Notes under the pieces: generated by a model
The model's database searches: none
Told to the model about the DNA's origin: nothing
The model's input: the letters and a program-made list of their open reading frames with translations, nothing else
Program-made: the position numbers and the translations under genes
Assembly: GCA_965660445.1 (NCBI GenBank)
Contig: CBFIAK010000001.1
Location: 672,001 to 736,000, forward strand
Source of the DNA: Patescibacteria group bacterium
GTDB taxonomy: Bacteria > Patescibacteriota > Gracilibacteria > UBA4473
Reading direction: 5' to 3'
DNA length: 64,000 nucleotides
Shown here: positions 48,287 through 58,320 of the stretch, in pieces
Layout: every line of letters begins with the position of its first letter
Position numbering within the stretch: the first letter of the stretch is position 1

Positions 48287-49536
48287 GATAAAAACCGAGT
48301 CTGAAGGAAAGAAGAAAGATCGGCAATAGGAACAGAAACTGGATTTGTATCATCTGTACGAAATGATACTTCAACCGATTGTGATGACAACGTTTTTTCT
48401 GAAACAATAACCCGACAACTTATGCCTAAAAGTTCGCTATCAGCCATTTTTTGTCCAGCACCTATTTTTTTATCTCGTCGATCATCATATAAAACTTCTA
48501 ATCCTTGTGCATGTAAGAGTGTGTATAATTTTTCAGATACTTCGTACGGTGTGTCATCTCTTCCAAGTGCCACAATACAGACCTGAAACGGAGCAATATT
48601 CATGGGCCATAAAAGTCCTTTTTCGTCATGAAATATTTCAGCAAGCACCCCCATAATACGAGAAATACCAATACCATAACAGCCCATAATAACTTCTTGA
48701 GGTTGTCCTGATTGATCAAGGGCTGAAAACTGAAATGCGTGTGAAAATTTAGTTGAAAGAGGAAATATATTTCCAACTTCAATAGCATTTTTTACATCAA
48801 ACCGATTTGATTTCTGGTCTTCTTCACTCACAATTTCTTTATTAAACGCTTCACCGGTTTCTTTATCAATATAGATTTCATCTTCTCCTATATCAGAGAT
48901 TGTTTGAAATTCATGTGAATAACGAGAGAAATCACCCCCACTAGCCGCTACAATACGAGTTATATCACCAAGACCAAGTCGATTATAAATACGCATATAC
49001 ACTTCTTTCATCTGTTCATAATAGGTTTCAAAATCGCCTTGTGTGAGGTGAAATGAATACGCATCTTTCATCAAAAACTCACGTCCACGAAGTAATCCTG
49101 ATTTTGCACGAGCTTCGTTTCGAAACTTCGTTTGAATTTGATACACCGCAACAGGAAAATCTTTATAAGAATGAGCATAATATTGGAGAAGGGGAGTAAC
49201 CGTTTCTTCATGTGTTGGAGAAAGAGCTCCCTTTTGCCCTCCTGCCATATCAATTTGATATAAACAATCCATTGTGTTCCATCGCCCCGTTATATCCCAC
49301 GATGCTTTATTGGCTAAAGCAGGCATAAGAATTTCTTGTACTCCTGCTGCATCCATTTCCGAACGTACAATGGACTCTATTTTGCGTAGTACTCGGAGTC
49401 CAAGTGGTAAGTATGAATAGACCCCTGCCATTTCTTTTCGAATAAATCCAGCCCGCAAAAGAAGTTCTGCATTCTTCGCAGATTCCTGAGCAGGAATTTC
49501 TTTTTGGGTCTTTGTAAACAAATGAGAATATTTCAT
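48283..49536 (-). CDS. proS: Proline--tRNA ligase (short, no editing insertion)
   Basis: LLRAGFI, GVYSYLPLG, PTHEE, KFRNEAR..GLLRGREFLMKDAYSF, EVGNIF, MGCYGIG. Confidence 0.96.
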   Translation of the reverse strand: MKYSHLFTKTQKEIPAQESAKNAELLLRAGFIRKEMAGVYSYLPLGLRVLRKIESIVRSEMDAAGVQEILMPALANKASWDITGRWNTMDCLYQIDMAGGQKGALSPTHEETVTPLLQYYAHSYKDFPVAVYQIQTKFRNEARAKSGLLRGREFLMKDAYSFHLTQGDFETYYEQMKEVYMRIYNRLGLGDITRIVAASGGDFSRYSHEFQTISDIGEDEIYIDKETGEAFNKEIVSEEDQKSNRFDVKNAIEVGNIFPLSTKFSHAFQFSALDQSGQPQEVIMGCYGIGISRIMGVLAEIFHDEKGLLWPMNIAPFQVCIVALGRDDTPYEVSEKLYTLLHAQGLEVLYDDRRDKKIGAGQKMADSELLGISCRVIVSEKTLSSQSVEVSFRTDDTNPVSVPIADLSSFLQTRFLS

Positions 49537-49656
49537 AAAAGAGGAGATAATCGAAAATCATAGTACTGATTTTCAAAAAAGGAGCAAGAATGAGTTTTTT
49601 TCTTGAAAAAGACTTAAAAAAAGAGTATAATGACAAGATTTTTTAAGAAACGAAAT

Positions 49657-50247
49657 ATGCACACACCCTCACAAACAATTGCCAATGAATTTCTTGCTAT
49701 TGCACAAAAACACAAACAATCAGGAGATACACACACAGCACTGCAATATGTTCACAAAAGTATTTTTCAAAATCTAGAATGTGGGACTTCTTATGAGATA
49801 CTTGCCGATATCTATATAGCGCAAAACGAATACAAAAAAGCAAAAAAAGCACTGCAACAAGCATTAAAGATAAATAAAGATTCTGAAAATGCACTGTATT
49901 TAATGGGATTCGTCTTATCATTAGAAGAGTTATGGGAAGAATCAGTCATGTATCTAGCAGAAGCTGATAAGAAAACTCCACACATACCTGAAATAATTCG
50001 TTGTCTGGGATGGTCTTATTATCACAAAGGAGAAGAAGAAAAAGGCATTGCTCTTTTGGAAAGAGCAAAAAACATGAATCCTATCGATAGTAATATACTT
50101 TGTGATCTAGGAGTATGCTACATGGAAAATGATGAATTTGAAAAAGCAGAAAATATTTTCAAGACCATTATTCAAAACGATAAAGAGTCCTATCAAGCAC
50201 AAGAATGTTTAAAGATTCTTGAACAAATGAAACAAAGTTTCTTATAA
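49657..50247 (+). CDS. Tetratricopeptide repeat protein
   Basis: Repeated TPR-like units (LADIY..A, LMGFVL, LGWSYY..G, LGVCY); promoter TTGAAA-17-TATAAT abuts the track's ATG, so start moved to 49657. Confidence 0.85.
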   Translation: MHTPSQTIANEFLAIAQKHKQSGDTHTALQYVHKSIFQNLECGTSYEILADIYIAQNEYKKAKKALQQALKINKDSENALYLMGFVLSLEELWEESVMYLAEADKKTPHIPEIIRCLGWSYYHKGEEEKGIALLERAKNMNPIDSNILCDLGVCYMENDEFEKAENIFKTIIQNDKESYQAQECLKILEQMKQSFL

Positions 50248-50326
50248 AAAAACCAAAAGATTCTTGAAATAAAAGTATAGGTTTCTATACTAAGAAAGCT
50301 CTGTACTTTTTAAAAATATTTATCAC

Positions 50327-50644
50327 ATGGCAGAAATTATCAATAAATCAAGTTTTGATGACAAAGTAAGAAACTCATCAGATGTTGTCTTAGTTGACTT
50401 CTTTGCAACATGGTGTGGACCATGCCAAGCTCTTATTCCAATCATAGACCAACTTTCAACAGAAGTACCAGAGAATGCAAAGGTTTATAAAATTGATGTT
50501 GATCAAGAACCAGAACTCGCAAGTGAGTTTGGTATTATGTCTATCCCTGCATTAAAAGTATTTAAGGGTGGAAAAGTAGTAGAAGAAGCAATGGGAGTTC
50601 GTCCAAAAGAAGATCTTTTAAAAATGATAGAAAATCATTTATAA
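50327..50644 (+). CDS. trxA: Thioredoxin
   Basis: VDFFATWCGPC, IDVDQ, IMSIPAL. Confidence 0.97.
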   Translation: MAEIINKSSFDDKVRNSSDVVLVDFFATWCGPCQALIPIIDQLSTEVPENAKVYKIDVDQEPELASEFGIMSIPALKVFKGGKVVEEAMGVRPKEDLLKMIENHL

Positions 50645-50691
50645 ACCAATAATTGGTTTCTTTTTATTCAAAAAATAAGTCTTACAAAGAC

Positions 50692-51954
50692 TTATTTTTT
50701 TATATTTTCTTTATTTAAGTTTTGTTCTAAAGTTTTGAAAAATAAGTCTGATGAAATTTCTGATGGATGAGAAAAAAATGCCTGAAATGTTTCATCAAAG
50801 ACTTTGTTTTCTGTCTGATATGATATTGGCGATGAAAGAAAATGAGCTACGGATGCCTGTCGAATCCAAGGAGCTAAAAAGAAATGGTCCTGAAACTCAA
50901 AAAACAAATCACGACGTGAAGGAGGCATGAAAGTACTCAACACAAAAGATCGTTGGTATTCTTTCTGAGCAATAAAACTCAAGAATTTCCATGACAGCAA
51001 TGGATCAGTGGCTGCATGAGGAATAGCACCTACAAAAATACGAGCGGGTAAAGACGATGTTTTTGTCTGATCAAAAACTGGGAATAACACAGAAAACACA
51101 TTATTCTCTTCATTGACCATACTCCATGCTTCTGAAGGATATCGAACTAAAAAACGATATTGTTGAGATACAAAACCTTCTTCTTCTGATACAGGAATTG
51201 AATGAGGAAAAGAAAAAAACAGAGAAGTTACATCTCGAGCTGGTTCAAATAAAGCCGTAGAAGAAATTGGTTCTGAAAAAGAAGCAAAATCATATTCTGC
51301 ATTTTCAAAGTTATAAAACGATTTTCGTTTCTGCCAAAAAAGAGAACGAAGAATATCATTTCGATGAGTTACAAGAGGAGAGGCACCAAAAGGAACGGGG
51401 ATATCATCAGAATAAGCATTTAGAAAATCATTCCATGTCAGGGGTACTCGTTGGAGATCTTCAGGATTGATATCAAGAAGGGATTGTTGCGTGGGTTGCA
51501 ATAATACGCCAAGTGTCTCTATACCCAAAGGAACTGCCCATATAGTATTTTCATCCAATAGATGATGAGTTGCATCTGAATAATCATCTTTAAATTTTTG
51601 AACCGTAAGTATTTTTGAAAAGTCTGAAACAGGTTGAAATAAATGTGGAAAATCAAGAACGGTATGAGAATACAAAAACACAACATCTGGTAACTCGTTT
51701 TTTATAGAAGCATGAAGTAATGCTTGAGTCATATCATATTCTGTTTCAAACTCACGAACCGATACTGACAAAATTAGTTCTGGAATATGCGCATCAAATT
51801 CACGAATAAAAGCTTCAAAAGTTTCTGAAGACTGAAGTGTCCATACGGTAAAAGACTGTTCTTTAATAACAGGGATTGATGATGACGAACACCCCGTTAC
51901 AAAAAACGATACGAGAGATATGAAAACACTCAATGTCCATTGTTTACTTTTCAT
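50692..51954 (-). CDS. Extracellular solute-binding lipoprotein (carbohydrate ABC family-like)
   Basis: Lipobox VTGC; ELPDVV, IWAVPLGIETLG, VPLTWNDF, SWKFLSFI. Confidence 0.75.
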   Translation of the reverse strand: MKSKQWTLSVFISLVSFFVTGCSSSSIPVIKEQSFTVWTLQSSETFEAFIREFDAHIPELILSVSVREFETEYDMTQALLHASIKNELPDVVFLYSHTVLDFPHLFQPVSDFSKILTVQKFKDDYSDATHHLLDENTIWAVPLGIETLGVLLQPTQQSLLDINPEDLQRVPLTWNDFLNAYSDDIPVPFGASPLVTHRNDILRSLFWQKRKSFYNFENAEYDFASFSEPISSTALFEPARDVTSLFFSFPHSIPVSEEEGFVSQQYRFLVRYPSEAWSMVNEENNVFSVLFPVFDQTKTSSLPARIFVGAIPHAATDPLLSWKFLSFIAQKEYQRSFVLSTFMPPSRRDLFFEFQDHFFLAPWIRQASVAHFLSSPISYQTENKVFDETFQAFFSHPSEISSDLFFKTLEQNLNKENIKK

Positions 51955-52733
51955 AAAGACGGTGACAAAAACTGACGAATATGATGCACAATATCAGCCG
52001 TATGTGTGTAATGAATACCATGCCGTCCTCCTTCAAAGACAACTAGTTGAGAATGGGAGAGTGACGAATGAAATATATACCCTGAAGAAAGTGGAGTATA
52101 GGTATCTTTCTTCCCCCAAAGCAAAAGCGTCGGATTTGAAATATTTTTTAGTTTTTCTCGCACATCAGGCTCATTTAATACATTTTGAAAAGTTTTCTTC
52201 ATGTTTTCGGAAACATTTGCCCAATCATGAGCTTTTAGTACACGACGTAAAAAGAAAAAATAAAAAGATTTTGGGAGTATTTTTTTAAAAAACCGAAAAC
52301 GGTATCCGAGTGCTCGAATACATCGTTTCCACCACGGAAGGGGAATAACAATGCCAGCGGCACCAGTGAGAATAAGAGGCGTAGAAGATGGAAACTGTGA
52401 CACATAATCAACTAACACACGACATCCAAAACTATGACCATAAAGGAATGGATTCGAGATATGTAATTCTTTTAAAAACTCATGAAACCATTGCGTATAA
52501 TCAGCAATTTTAAATCCATTGTAAGACGGAGTATCAGAAGACCCAAATCCTGGAATATCAGGTACAATAACTCGTGCATTGAGTTCTTGTGAGAGGAGAG
52601 GAGCTAATTTTTCAAAACTTTGACTATTCCCCCCCCAACCATGCAAAAGCACAAATGCAAAATCACCATCGCCATAAACACGATAGGCAGTACGAATTTC
52701 ACCGACATTGAGAAAAAGGAGTGTAGATTCCAT
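51951..52733 (-). CDS. Alpha/beta hydrolase
   Basis: LLHGWGG, PDIPGFG, GHSFG nucleophile elbow, WGKKD, RHGIH. Confidence 0.93.
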   Translation of the reverse strand: MESTLLFLNVGEIRTAYRVYGDGDFAFVLLHGWGGNSQSFEKLAPLLSQELNARVIVPDIPGFGSSDTPSYNGFKIADYTQWFHEFLKELHISNPFLYGHSFGCRVLVDYVSQFPSSTPLILTGAAGIVIPLPWWKRCIRALGYRFRFFKKILPKSFYFFFLRRVLKAHDWANVSENMKKTFQNVLNEPDVREKLKNISNPTLLLWGKKDTYTPLSSGYIFHSSLSHSQLVVFEGGRHGIHYTHTADIVHHIRQFLSPSL

Positions 52734-52779
52734 AAACACACTCTATACTAGCAACTGACCAAAAAAGAGGCAAGTGTTC

Positions 52780-53157
52780 TTAAATATCAAGTAACTTCCT
52801 TTTTGCCTCATGTTTTATATCAACTATTTCTTTCTCAAGAAAATGTGTCAGTACGATTCGAATACTAATAATAATAACTAGTGCGCCAAGACTTTTCACA
52901 AGGTCCTGCCAAGGAGTGGTCACTGAGTTTAAGAGAAATGTATCAATAATATCTTTTCCAATAAAAAAATCGAGCCCTAAAATCATATGAGTGTTTAAAA
53001 TAAGTCTTAGTTTTCCAAAATACATTGTGCTATGGCGCAGACAGTAAAGCCATATGGTCTGCAAAACCCCTAAAAGAATAATAACGACTCCAATGGCACC
53101 AATAAGGTACGATAGAAACCCTAAAATATCAGAAAGCAATACTACAAAATCTGTCAT
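52780..53157 (-). CDS. DUF1622-like membrane protein
   Basis: LRLILNTHMILGLDFFIGKDIIDT..IRIVLTHFLEKE; leaderless-style start at 53157. Confidence 0.8.
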   Translation of the reverse strand: MTDFVVLLSDILGFLSYLIGAIGVVIILLGVLQTIWLYCLRHSTMYFGKLRLILNTHMILGLDFFIGKDIIDTFLLNSVTTPWQDLVKSLGALVIIISIRIVLTHFLEKEIVDIKHEAKRKLLDI

Positions 53158-53228
53158 CGTGTTATTATAACACAAAAAAGACATTATTCAAAGTATATAC
53201 TTACAAAAAGAGAACCCAATTTCGTATA

Positions 53229-54596
53229 CTAGAGAAAATACTTTTTTTGTAAGTACGAAACAATGTTTTCTATTTTTACTCGTTCTTGAACCATTGAATC
53301 TCTATCACGAACAGTAACATCTTGATTCTCTTTTGATTCATAATCAATGGTAATGCAAACCGGTGTTCCAATTTCATCTTGTCTGCGATACCGTTTTCCG
53401 ATAGACCCTGAAACATCGAACTCACAGTTTCCAAATATTTCAACTCGCTGAAGAACATCTTGAGCTAATTGTGGAAGTCCATCTTTTTTCATTAAAGGTA
53501 GTACCGCTACCTTTACAGGAGCGATAGCAGGATGAAAAGCGAGAACAATACGTGATTCGTTTTCCTGTAATTCTTCTCGATACCCATCACAAAGAACCGC
53601 TAAAACACTTCTGTCTAGACCAAAACTTGGTTCTATAACATGAGGGAGTATTTTTTCTTTTTGGTCTTCATCAAAAAAACGAAGTTTTTGTTTCGAATAT
53701 TTTTCATGTTGAGCTAAATCAAAATCAGTTCGATACGCAAGACCATACAATTCTTTTTGTCCGAACGGATACTTATATTCAATATCAACTGTTCGTTTTG
53801 AATAGTGTGAGAGTTTTTCTTGTGGGTGTTCATACCAAGTCCAGTTTTCACGTTTTAGTCCTATAGAATCACACCACATTTGCATCATATTTTTCCATTC
53901 TTCAAATGATTTCTCCCAATCATCTTCATGGATAAAATATTCGATTTCCATTTGTTCAAACTCTAAACGACGGAAAATAAAGTTTCCTGGCGTTATTTCG
54001 TTTCGAAACGCTTTTCCGACTTGAGCAATCCCAAACGGCAATTTACAACGTTGCGAATCAATAATGTTTTTAAATTCTACAAATATAGCTTGTGCTGTTT
54101 CGGGACGCAAGTAAGCAATATCACTTTCTGATGTTTTTGCCATCTGTGTTTGAAACATGAGGTTGAATTTTCGAACAGCCGTAAAATCTTTACTTCCACA
54201 AGTCGGACAGACAATAGCATGCATCTGGATAAGTTTTGTAAGTTCTGCATCGTCTAGTCCTTCTGCATCAATCTTTGCCTGATCTTCAAGTATATGATCT
54301 GCACGAAGTCGTGCATGACAGTTTTTACAATCAACAAGCTGATCACTAAAATTTTTCAAATGTCCACTCGCTTCCCAAATACGTGGATGAAGAATAATAT
54401 CACCATCAATACCAAACATATTTTGTTTTTTGTGAACAAACAGTTTCCACCATAAATCTTTTATATTTTTCTTGAGTTCCACCCCATATGGACCGTATGT
54501 ATAAGAATTCGCGAACCCTCCATAGATATCAGACCCAGGGTAGGCAAACCCTCTCCGTTTAGAGAGTGAAACAATATCTTTCATACGATCAGTCAT
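53229..54596 (-). CDS. glyQS: Glycine--tRNA ligase (alpha2 type)
   Basis: KRRGF..IYGG, YLRPETAQ, KAFRNEITP, EFEQME, HVIEPSFG, IGKRYRRQDEIGTP. Confidence 0.97.
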   Translation of the reverse strand: MTDRMKDIVSLSKRRGFAYPGSDIYGGFANSYTYGPYGVELKKNIKDLWWKLFVHKKQNMFGIDGDIILHPRIWEASGHLKNFSDQLVDCKNCHARLRADHILEDQAKIDAEGLDDAELTKLIQMHAIVCPTCGSKDFTAVRKFNLMFQTQMAKTSESDIAYLRPETAQAIFVEFKNIIDSQRCKLPFGIAQVGKAFRNEITPGNFIFRRLEFEQMEIEYFIHEDDWEKSFEEWKNMMQMWCDSIGLKRENWTWYEHPQEKLSHYSKRTVDIEYKYPFGQKELYGLAYRTDFDLAQHEKYSKQKLRFFDEDQKEKILPHVIEPSFGLDRSVLAVLCDGYREELQENESRIVLAFHPAIAPVKVAVLPLMKKDGLPQLAQDVLQRVEIFGNCEFDVSGSIGKRYRRQDEIGTPVCITIDYESKENQDVTVRDRDSMVQERVKIENIVSYLQKKYFL

Positions 54597-54685
54597 ACGG
54601 CTATTTTAAAAAACAAAAAAAAATAAGCAAGAAGAAGAAAAAAACTTGCATTCTCTCATAAAAAAAATAGAATCGCTTCGGTATT

Positions 54686-54726
54686 GTAGAAAGTCAATCT
54701 GATTTAAGAGCGACGGGAACTACACA
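54686..54726 (+). promoter_or_regulatory. Possible structured rpsB leader
   Basis: TGTAG/CTACA and GTC/GAC nested stems between promoter TTGCAT-16-TAGAAT and rpsB. Confidence 0.35.
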
Positions 54727-54758
54727 CTCCACAGTATATTTTAATCTTATTCCCACAC

Positions 54759-55433
54759 ATGGTAACTGTTCAAGAATTATTCGAACACAATGTCCATATC
54801 GGACACAAAACCGATAAATGGAACCCAAAGATGAAGCGATTCATCGCTACTCAGAAAAATAAAATTCATATTATTGATCTGGAAAAAACAAAAGATGCTC
54901 TCGAGAGCGCAGTTAATTTTTTAAAAACCGTTAAAGAAAAAAACGGGAAAGTTTTGTTTGTAGGAACAAAACCACAAACATCACTCGCTCTTCATCGTAT
55001 GATAGAGGCACAAGAAAAAAAACTCTTTTATATTGATACAAAATGGGCACCTGGACTTCTTACAAATTTTGATGAACTTCGGAAACGAGCTGATCATTAT
55101 TTGAACTTAAAAGCTCAATTTGAGTCAGGAGAAATAAAGAAATACACAAAAAAAGAAGTGGCTTCCTTTAAAAAGGAACTCGAAAAACTTGATGCAGCGT
55201 ATCATGGAGTTGCTGAAATGCGAAAAAAACCAGATGTGGTTATTGCACTTGATGCGGTGAACAACCGACTTGCTATTCAAGAAGCAAAAGGAGCAAAGAT
55301 ACCCGTGGTAGCACTTGTTGATACAAATGCAAATCCTGATAATATTGATTATGTTATTCCTGGAAATGATGATGCTATTAAATCAATCGAATATATTGTT
55401 GGAAAAATGATTGAAGCATTGAGTAATAAATAA
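54759..55433 (+). CDS. rpsB: 30S ribosomal protein S2
   Basis: VHIGH..WNPKM, IHIIDL, LFVGTK, WAPGLLTN, VDTN, IPGNDD. Confidence 0.97.
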   Translation: MVTVQELFEHNVHIGHKTDKWNPKMKRFIATQKNKIHIIDLEKTKDALESAVNFLKTVKEKNGKVLFVGTKPQTSLALHRMIEAQEKKLFYIDTKWAPGLLTNFDELRKRADHYLNLKAQFESGEIKKYTKKEVASFKKELEKLDAAYHGVAEMRKKPDVVIALDAVNNRLAIQEAKGAKIPVVALVDTNANPDNIDYVIPGNDDAIKSIEYIVGKMIEALSNK

Positions 55434-55444
55434 AAAAAATACAT

Positions 55445-55903
55445 ATGAGTGAGGATCAAAATCAAACAGGGCGATTTAAAAACACCGTTTCTGAAAGTCA
55501 AGTTTCAGAAACGGTTTCTGATAATTCATCTGAAAATAAAGAATCACTCACATCAAAAAGTGTATCAGAAGAAACAAAGAAACTTGAGAAAAATCAAGAA
55601 GATCTTGTATTAACCGCAAAAGAAAAAAACTTATCGGCGCTTGGGTATATTAGTTTTCTTTGTGTTCTTCCATTATGTATGGAACCCAATTCATCGTTTT
55701 GTAAGTTTCACGGAAAACAAGGAATGATTATTACGATTGTTTTCTTTATTCTGGGATGGATTGGTTGGTTTTCCCCATTCTTAAGGTTTTTACTTTTCTT
55801 ACTTCATGTAGGACTTATGGTGTGGGGTATTATGAATGCTATTCAAGGAAAAATAATCAGAATTCCTTTTGCAGCAGACGTTGCTGACAAACTAGAAATA
55901 TAA
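55445..55903 (+). CDS. DUF4870-like membrane protein
   Basis: LSALGYISFLCVLPL..FCKFHGKQG..GIMNAIQGK..IPF. Confidence 0.7.
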   Translation: MSEDQNQTGRFKNTVSESQVSETVSDNSSENKESLTSKSVSEETKKLEKNQEDLVLTAKEKNLSALGYISFLCVLPLCMEPNSSFCKFHGKQGMIITIVFFILGWIGWFSPFLRFLLFLLHVGLMVWGIMNAIQGKIIRIPFAADVADKLEI

Positions 55904-55975
55904 TTTTTATTTGATTTCTCTGAAAGAGTCTGTACACTTCGACTGATTTTTTTATTTTTTTAATTTATTTTTATC

Positions 55976-56734
55976 ATGACAGTAACCGCAAAAGACGCAA
56001 TGGAACTGCGAAAACAAACGGGAGTAGGTCTTATGACTTGCCGAAAAGCATTAGAAGAAGCAAATGGAGACAAAGAAAAAGCAATTGATATTCTTCGAAA
56101 AAAAGGAGAAGCAAAAGCCGCATCAAAAGCTGAACGAGACATGAGCGAAGGGCAAGTTGGACTCCATGAAACAGGCATGGTATTGCTTTTGTGTGAAACT
56201 GATTTTGTTGCTCAAAACGATAAGTTTCAACTCCTCGTACAAACATTAGCTGAAAAAGCACATACAGAAGGAGAATCAGCAACAAAAGAATATTTTGAGT
56301 CTATAAAAGGAGAAAAAATTCAAGAAATTGGTGAGAACATGGCTTTAGAATCAGTTATTAAACTTGAAGGAGAAACACTTGGAACATATCGTCATACAAA
56401 TGGAAAAATTGGGTGTATAGTCGTGCTTGAAGGCGGAAATGAAGACCAAGCTCGAGATATTGCTATGCATGCAGCAGCGATGAACCCAATGGTTGCAAAC
56501 CCTGAAGATGTACCAGCTGATATTATTGAAAAAGAAAAAGACGTATATCGAGAACAATTAAAAAATGAAGGAAAACCAGAAAATATTATTGAAAATATTA
56601 TTGCTGGAAAGGTAAATAAATTTTGTGCTGAACGAGCATTGGCATCTCAACCATTTGTAAAAGATCCATCAATGACGGTTGCTCAATATATTGCTCCAGC
56701 AAAAATCAAAACATTTGCACGAGTAGCGGTATAA
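55976..56734 (+). CDS. tsf: Elongation factor Ts
   Basis: LRKQTGVGLMTCRKAL, CETDFVA, IAMHAAAMNP, QPFVKD. Confidence 0.97.
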   Translation: MTVTAKDAMELRKQTGVGLMTCRKALEEANGDKEKAIDILRKKGEAKAASKAERDMSEGQVGLHETGMVLLLCETDFVAQNDKFQLLVQTLAEKAHTEGESATKEYFESIKGEKIQEIGENMALESVIKLEGETLGTYRHTNGKIGCIVVLEGGNEDQARDIAMHAAAMNPMVANPEDVPADIIEKEKDVYREQLKNEGKPENIIENIIAGKVNKFCAERALASQPFVKDPSMTVAQYIAPAKIKTFARVAV

Positions 56735-56760
56735 AAAAATTAAAAAATTCTATCTTCAAA

Positions 56761-56794
56761 AAAATATTTGTCGTTCAGCGACAAATATTTTTTT
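56761..56794 (+). terminator. Intrinsic terminator
   Basis: AAAATATTTGTCG-ttcag-CGACAAATATTTT plus T run. Confidence 0.8.
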
Positions 56795-56842
56795 AAAGCC
56801 TTATTGAAAAACAAAAAATAAAGCATATAATAGGAAAGAATT

Positions 56843-58009
56843 ATGAAAACTCCTTTTGTTTATCTTGATCACGCATCTGGAACTATTCCCTATAGCTCAT
56901 TAGAGAATGAATGGCAAACCCACTACAAAGACAGTAGTTGGGCAAACCCAAGTGCTCTACACACCTATGGACGAAAATCACGCTCAATTATTGATCGGTG
57001 TCGATACGAATTATCGCAGTATACTGATGCATCACCCGAACATATATTTTTCACCTCTGGAGGCACAGAAGGACTCTATACTGTTATTATTGGTGGTTTT
57101 TTATGGCATAAAACAAACTTTCCACACAGAAAGACAATATTTGTTTCTCCAACAGCACATCAAAGCGTACTAAATGCTGTTGATTTTGCATGTCGATATC
57201 ATGGAGCAAAAAAACAATATATGCCAATCAGAGAAGATGGAAGCGTTCATATACATACCATTCCAGAAAAAACTGATACTCAGTTTTGGGACTCTATAGC
57301 ACTCGTAATACTTGAAGAAGCAAATTCTGAAATTGGTTTTCTTCAACCTATTGATTTCTTTTGTAAACAGATGGAGTCCGGGGAGAGTGGGGGAGCCTCA
57401 CTTATCATTGACAGTGCTTGTAGTGCTGTTACAAACTCCATTCCTTATAAAAGGGGAGTAACAAGCGTTGTCTGTAGTAGTGAAAAAATAGGTGGGGGAA
57501 ATGGGTGCGGTATTGTATGGCAAGACCCTCAAAAAATAATACCTCCAATGGGCGGAAGTCAGGAATGGGGGATGAGGGGAGGAACTCAAAATAGTCGTTC
57601 TATTTTTTTAACAACTCAAGCTTTTTTACACACACAATCAGTAAAAGATGAAAGAAAAGAACACTATAAAAAATTGTACCAAAAATTACATTCCTATTTA
57701 GACTCTCGTTCTATTTCTATTCTTACACCTCAAGACAATATTGGACATATACTTACCTTTATGGCTCCCGGAAAATGGAAAGGGGAAGATATGGTTATTT
57801 TCTTTGATAAAAATGGTATCTGTATTTCCTCGGGTCCGGCGTGTTCGAGTGGAAGCACAAAACCTTCTCATGCATTACTACATATGGGAAAAAACGAAAC
57901 AGACGCTCGAAAAGGTGTCCGTATATCATGGGGATACACAACAACAGAAGCAGATATTGATTATTTTATTGATTGTTTTGAAAAGAATATCAAGAGTTTT
58001 GGGAGATGA
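56843..58009 (+). CDS. iscS: Cysteine desulfurase (IscS/NifS-like, divergent)
   Basis: YLDHAS, ANPSALH, FTSGGTE, EKIGG (PLP Lys), MRGGTQN, SSGPACSSG. Confidence 0.85.
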   Translation: MKTPFVYLDHASGTIPYSSLENEWQTHYKDSSWANPSALHTYGRKSRSIIDRCRYELSQYTDASPEHIFFTSGGTEGLYTVIIGGFLWHKTNFPHRKTIFVSPTAHQSVLNAVDFACRYHGAKKQYMPIREDGSVHIHTIPEKTDTQFWDSIALVILEEANSEIGFLQPIDFFCKQMESGESGGASLIIDSACSAVTNSIPYKRGVTSVVCSSEKIGGGNGCGIVWQDPQKIIPPMGGSQEWGMRGGTQNSRSIFLTTQAFLHTQSVKDERKEHYKKLYQKLHSYLDSRSISILTPQDNIGHILTFMAPGKWKGEDMVIFFDKNGICISSGPACSSGSTKPSHALLHMGKNETDARKGVRISWGYTTTEADIDYFIDCFEKNIKSFGR

Positions 58010-58035
58010 GAAATAGAAAATATGTTCTCATCTCC
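58002..58035. terminator. Hairpin between convergent genes (no clear U-tract)
   Basis: GGAGATGAGAA...TTCTCATCTCC. Confidence 0.45.
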
Positions 58036-58047
58036 ATAAAAAAGAGA

Positions 58048-58320
58048 CTATGGAATAAAGAATAGTATTCCTTTACTATTATCATCCATAATACGCTTTT
58101 GAAACGTATCATATTGTATGACAATACGAGTATCAATAAGCATCAATTTCGCTTCTATCCCATTATAAAGGACTCTCATAGGTTTTTCTTTTAAATTTTC
58201 CTTGAGTTGCTCTTGGCTTATTTTTATGGCTCGTTCTTTATTATCCTCTTTAATCCCTAAAATACGAATCTCTTGATTCCTTTTAGGGGCAAAAAAAATC
58301 AACGATCGTTCTTGATTCAT
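58048..58320 (-). CDS. Small orphan protein
   Basis: AAGGAG-cttct-ATG; TTCGGA-17-TATAAT upstream (58431-58403). Confidence 0.65.
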   Translation of the reverse strand: MNQERSLIFFAPKRNQEIRILGIKEDNKERAIKISQEQLKENLKEKPMRVLYNGIEAKLMLIDTRIVIQYDTFQKRIMDDNSKGILFFIP

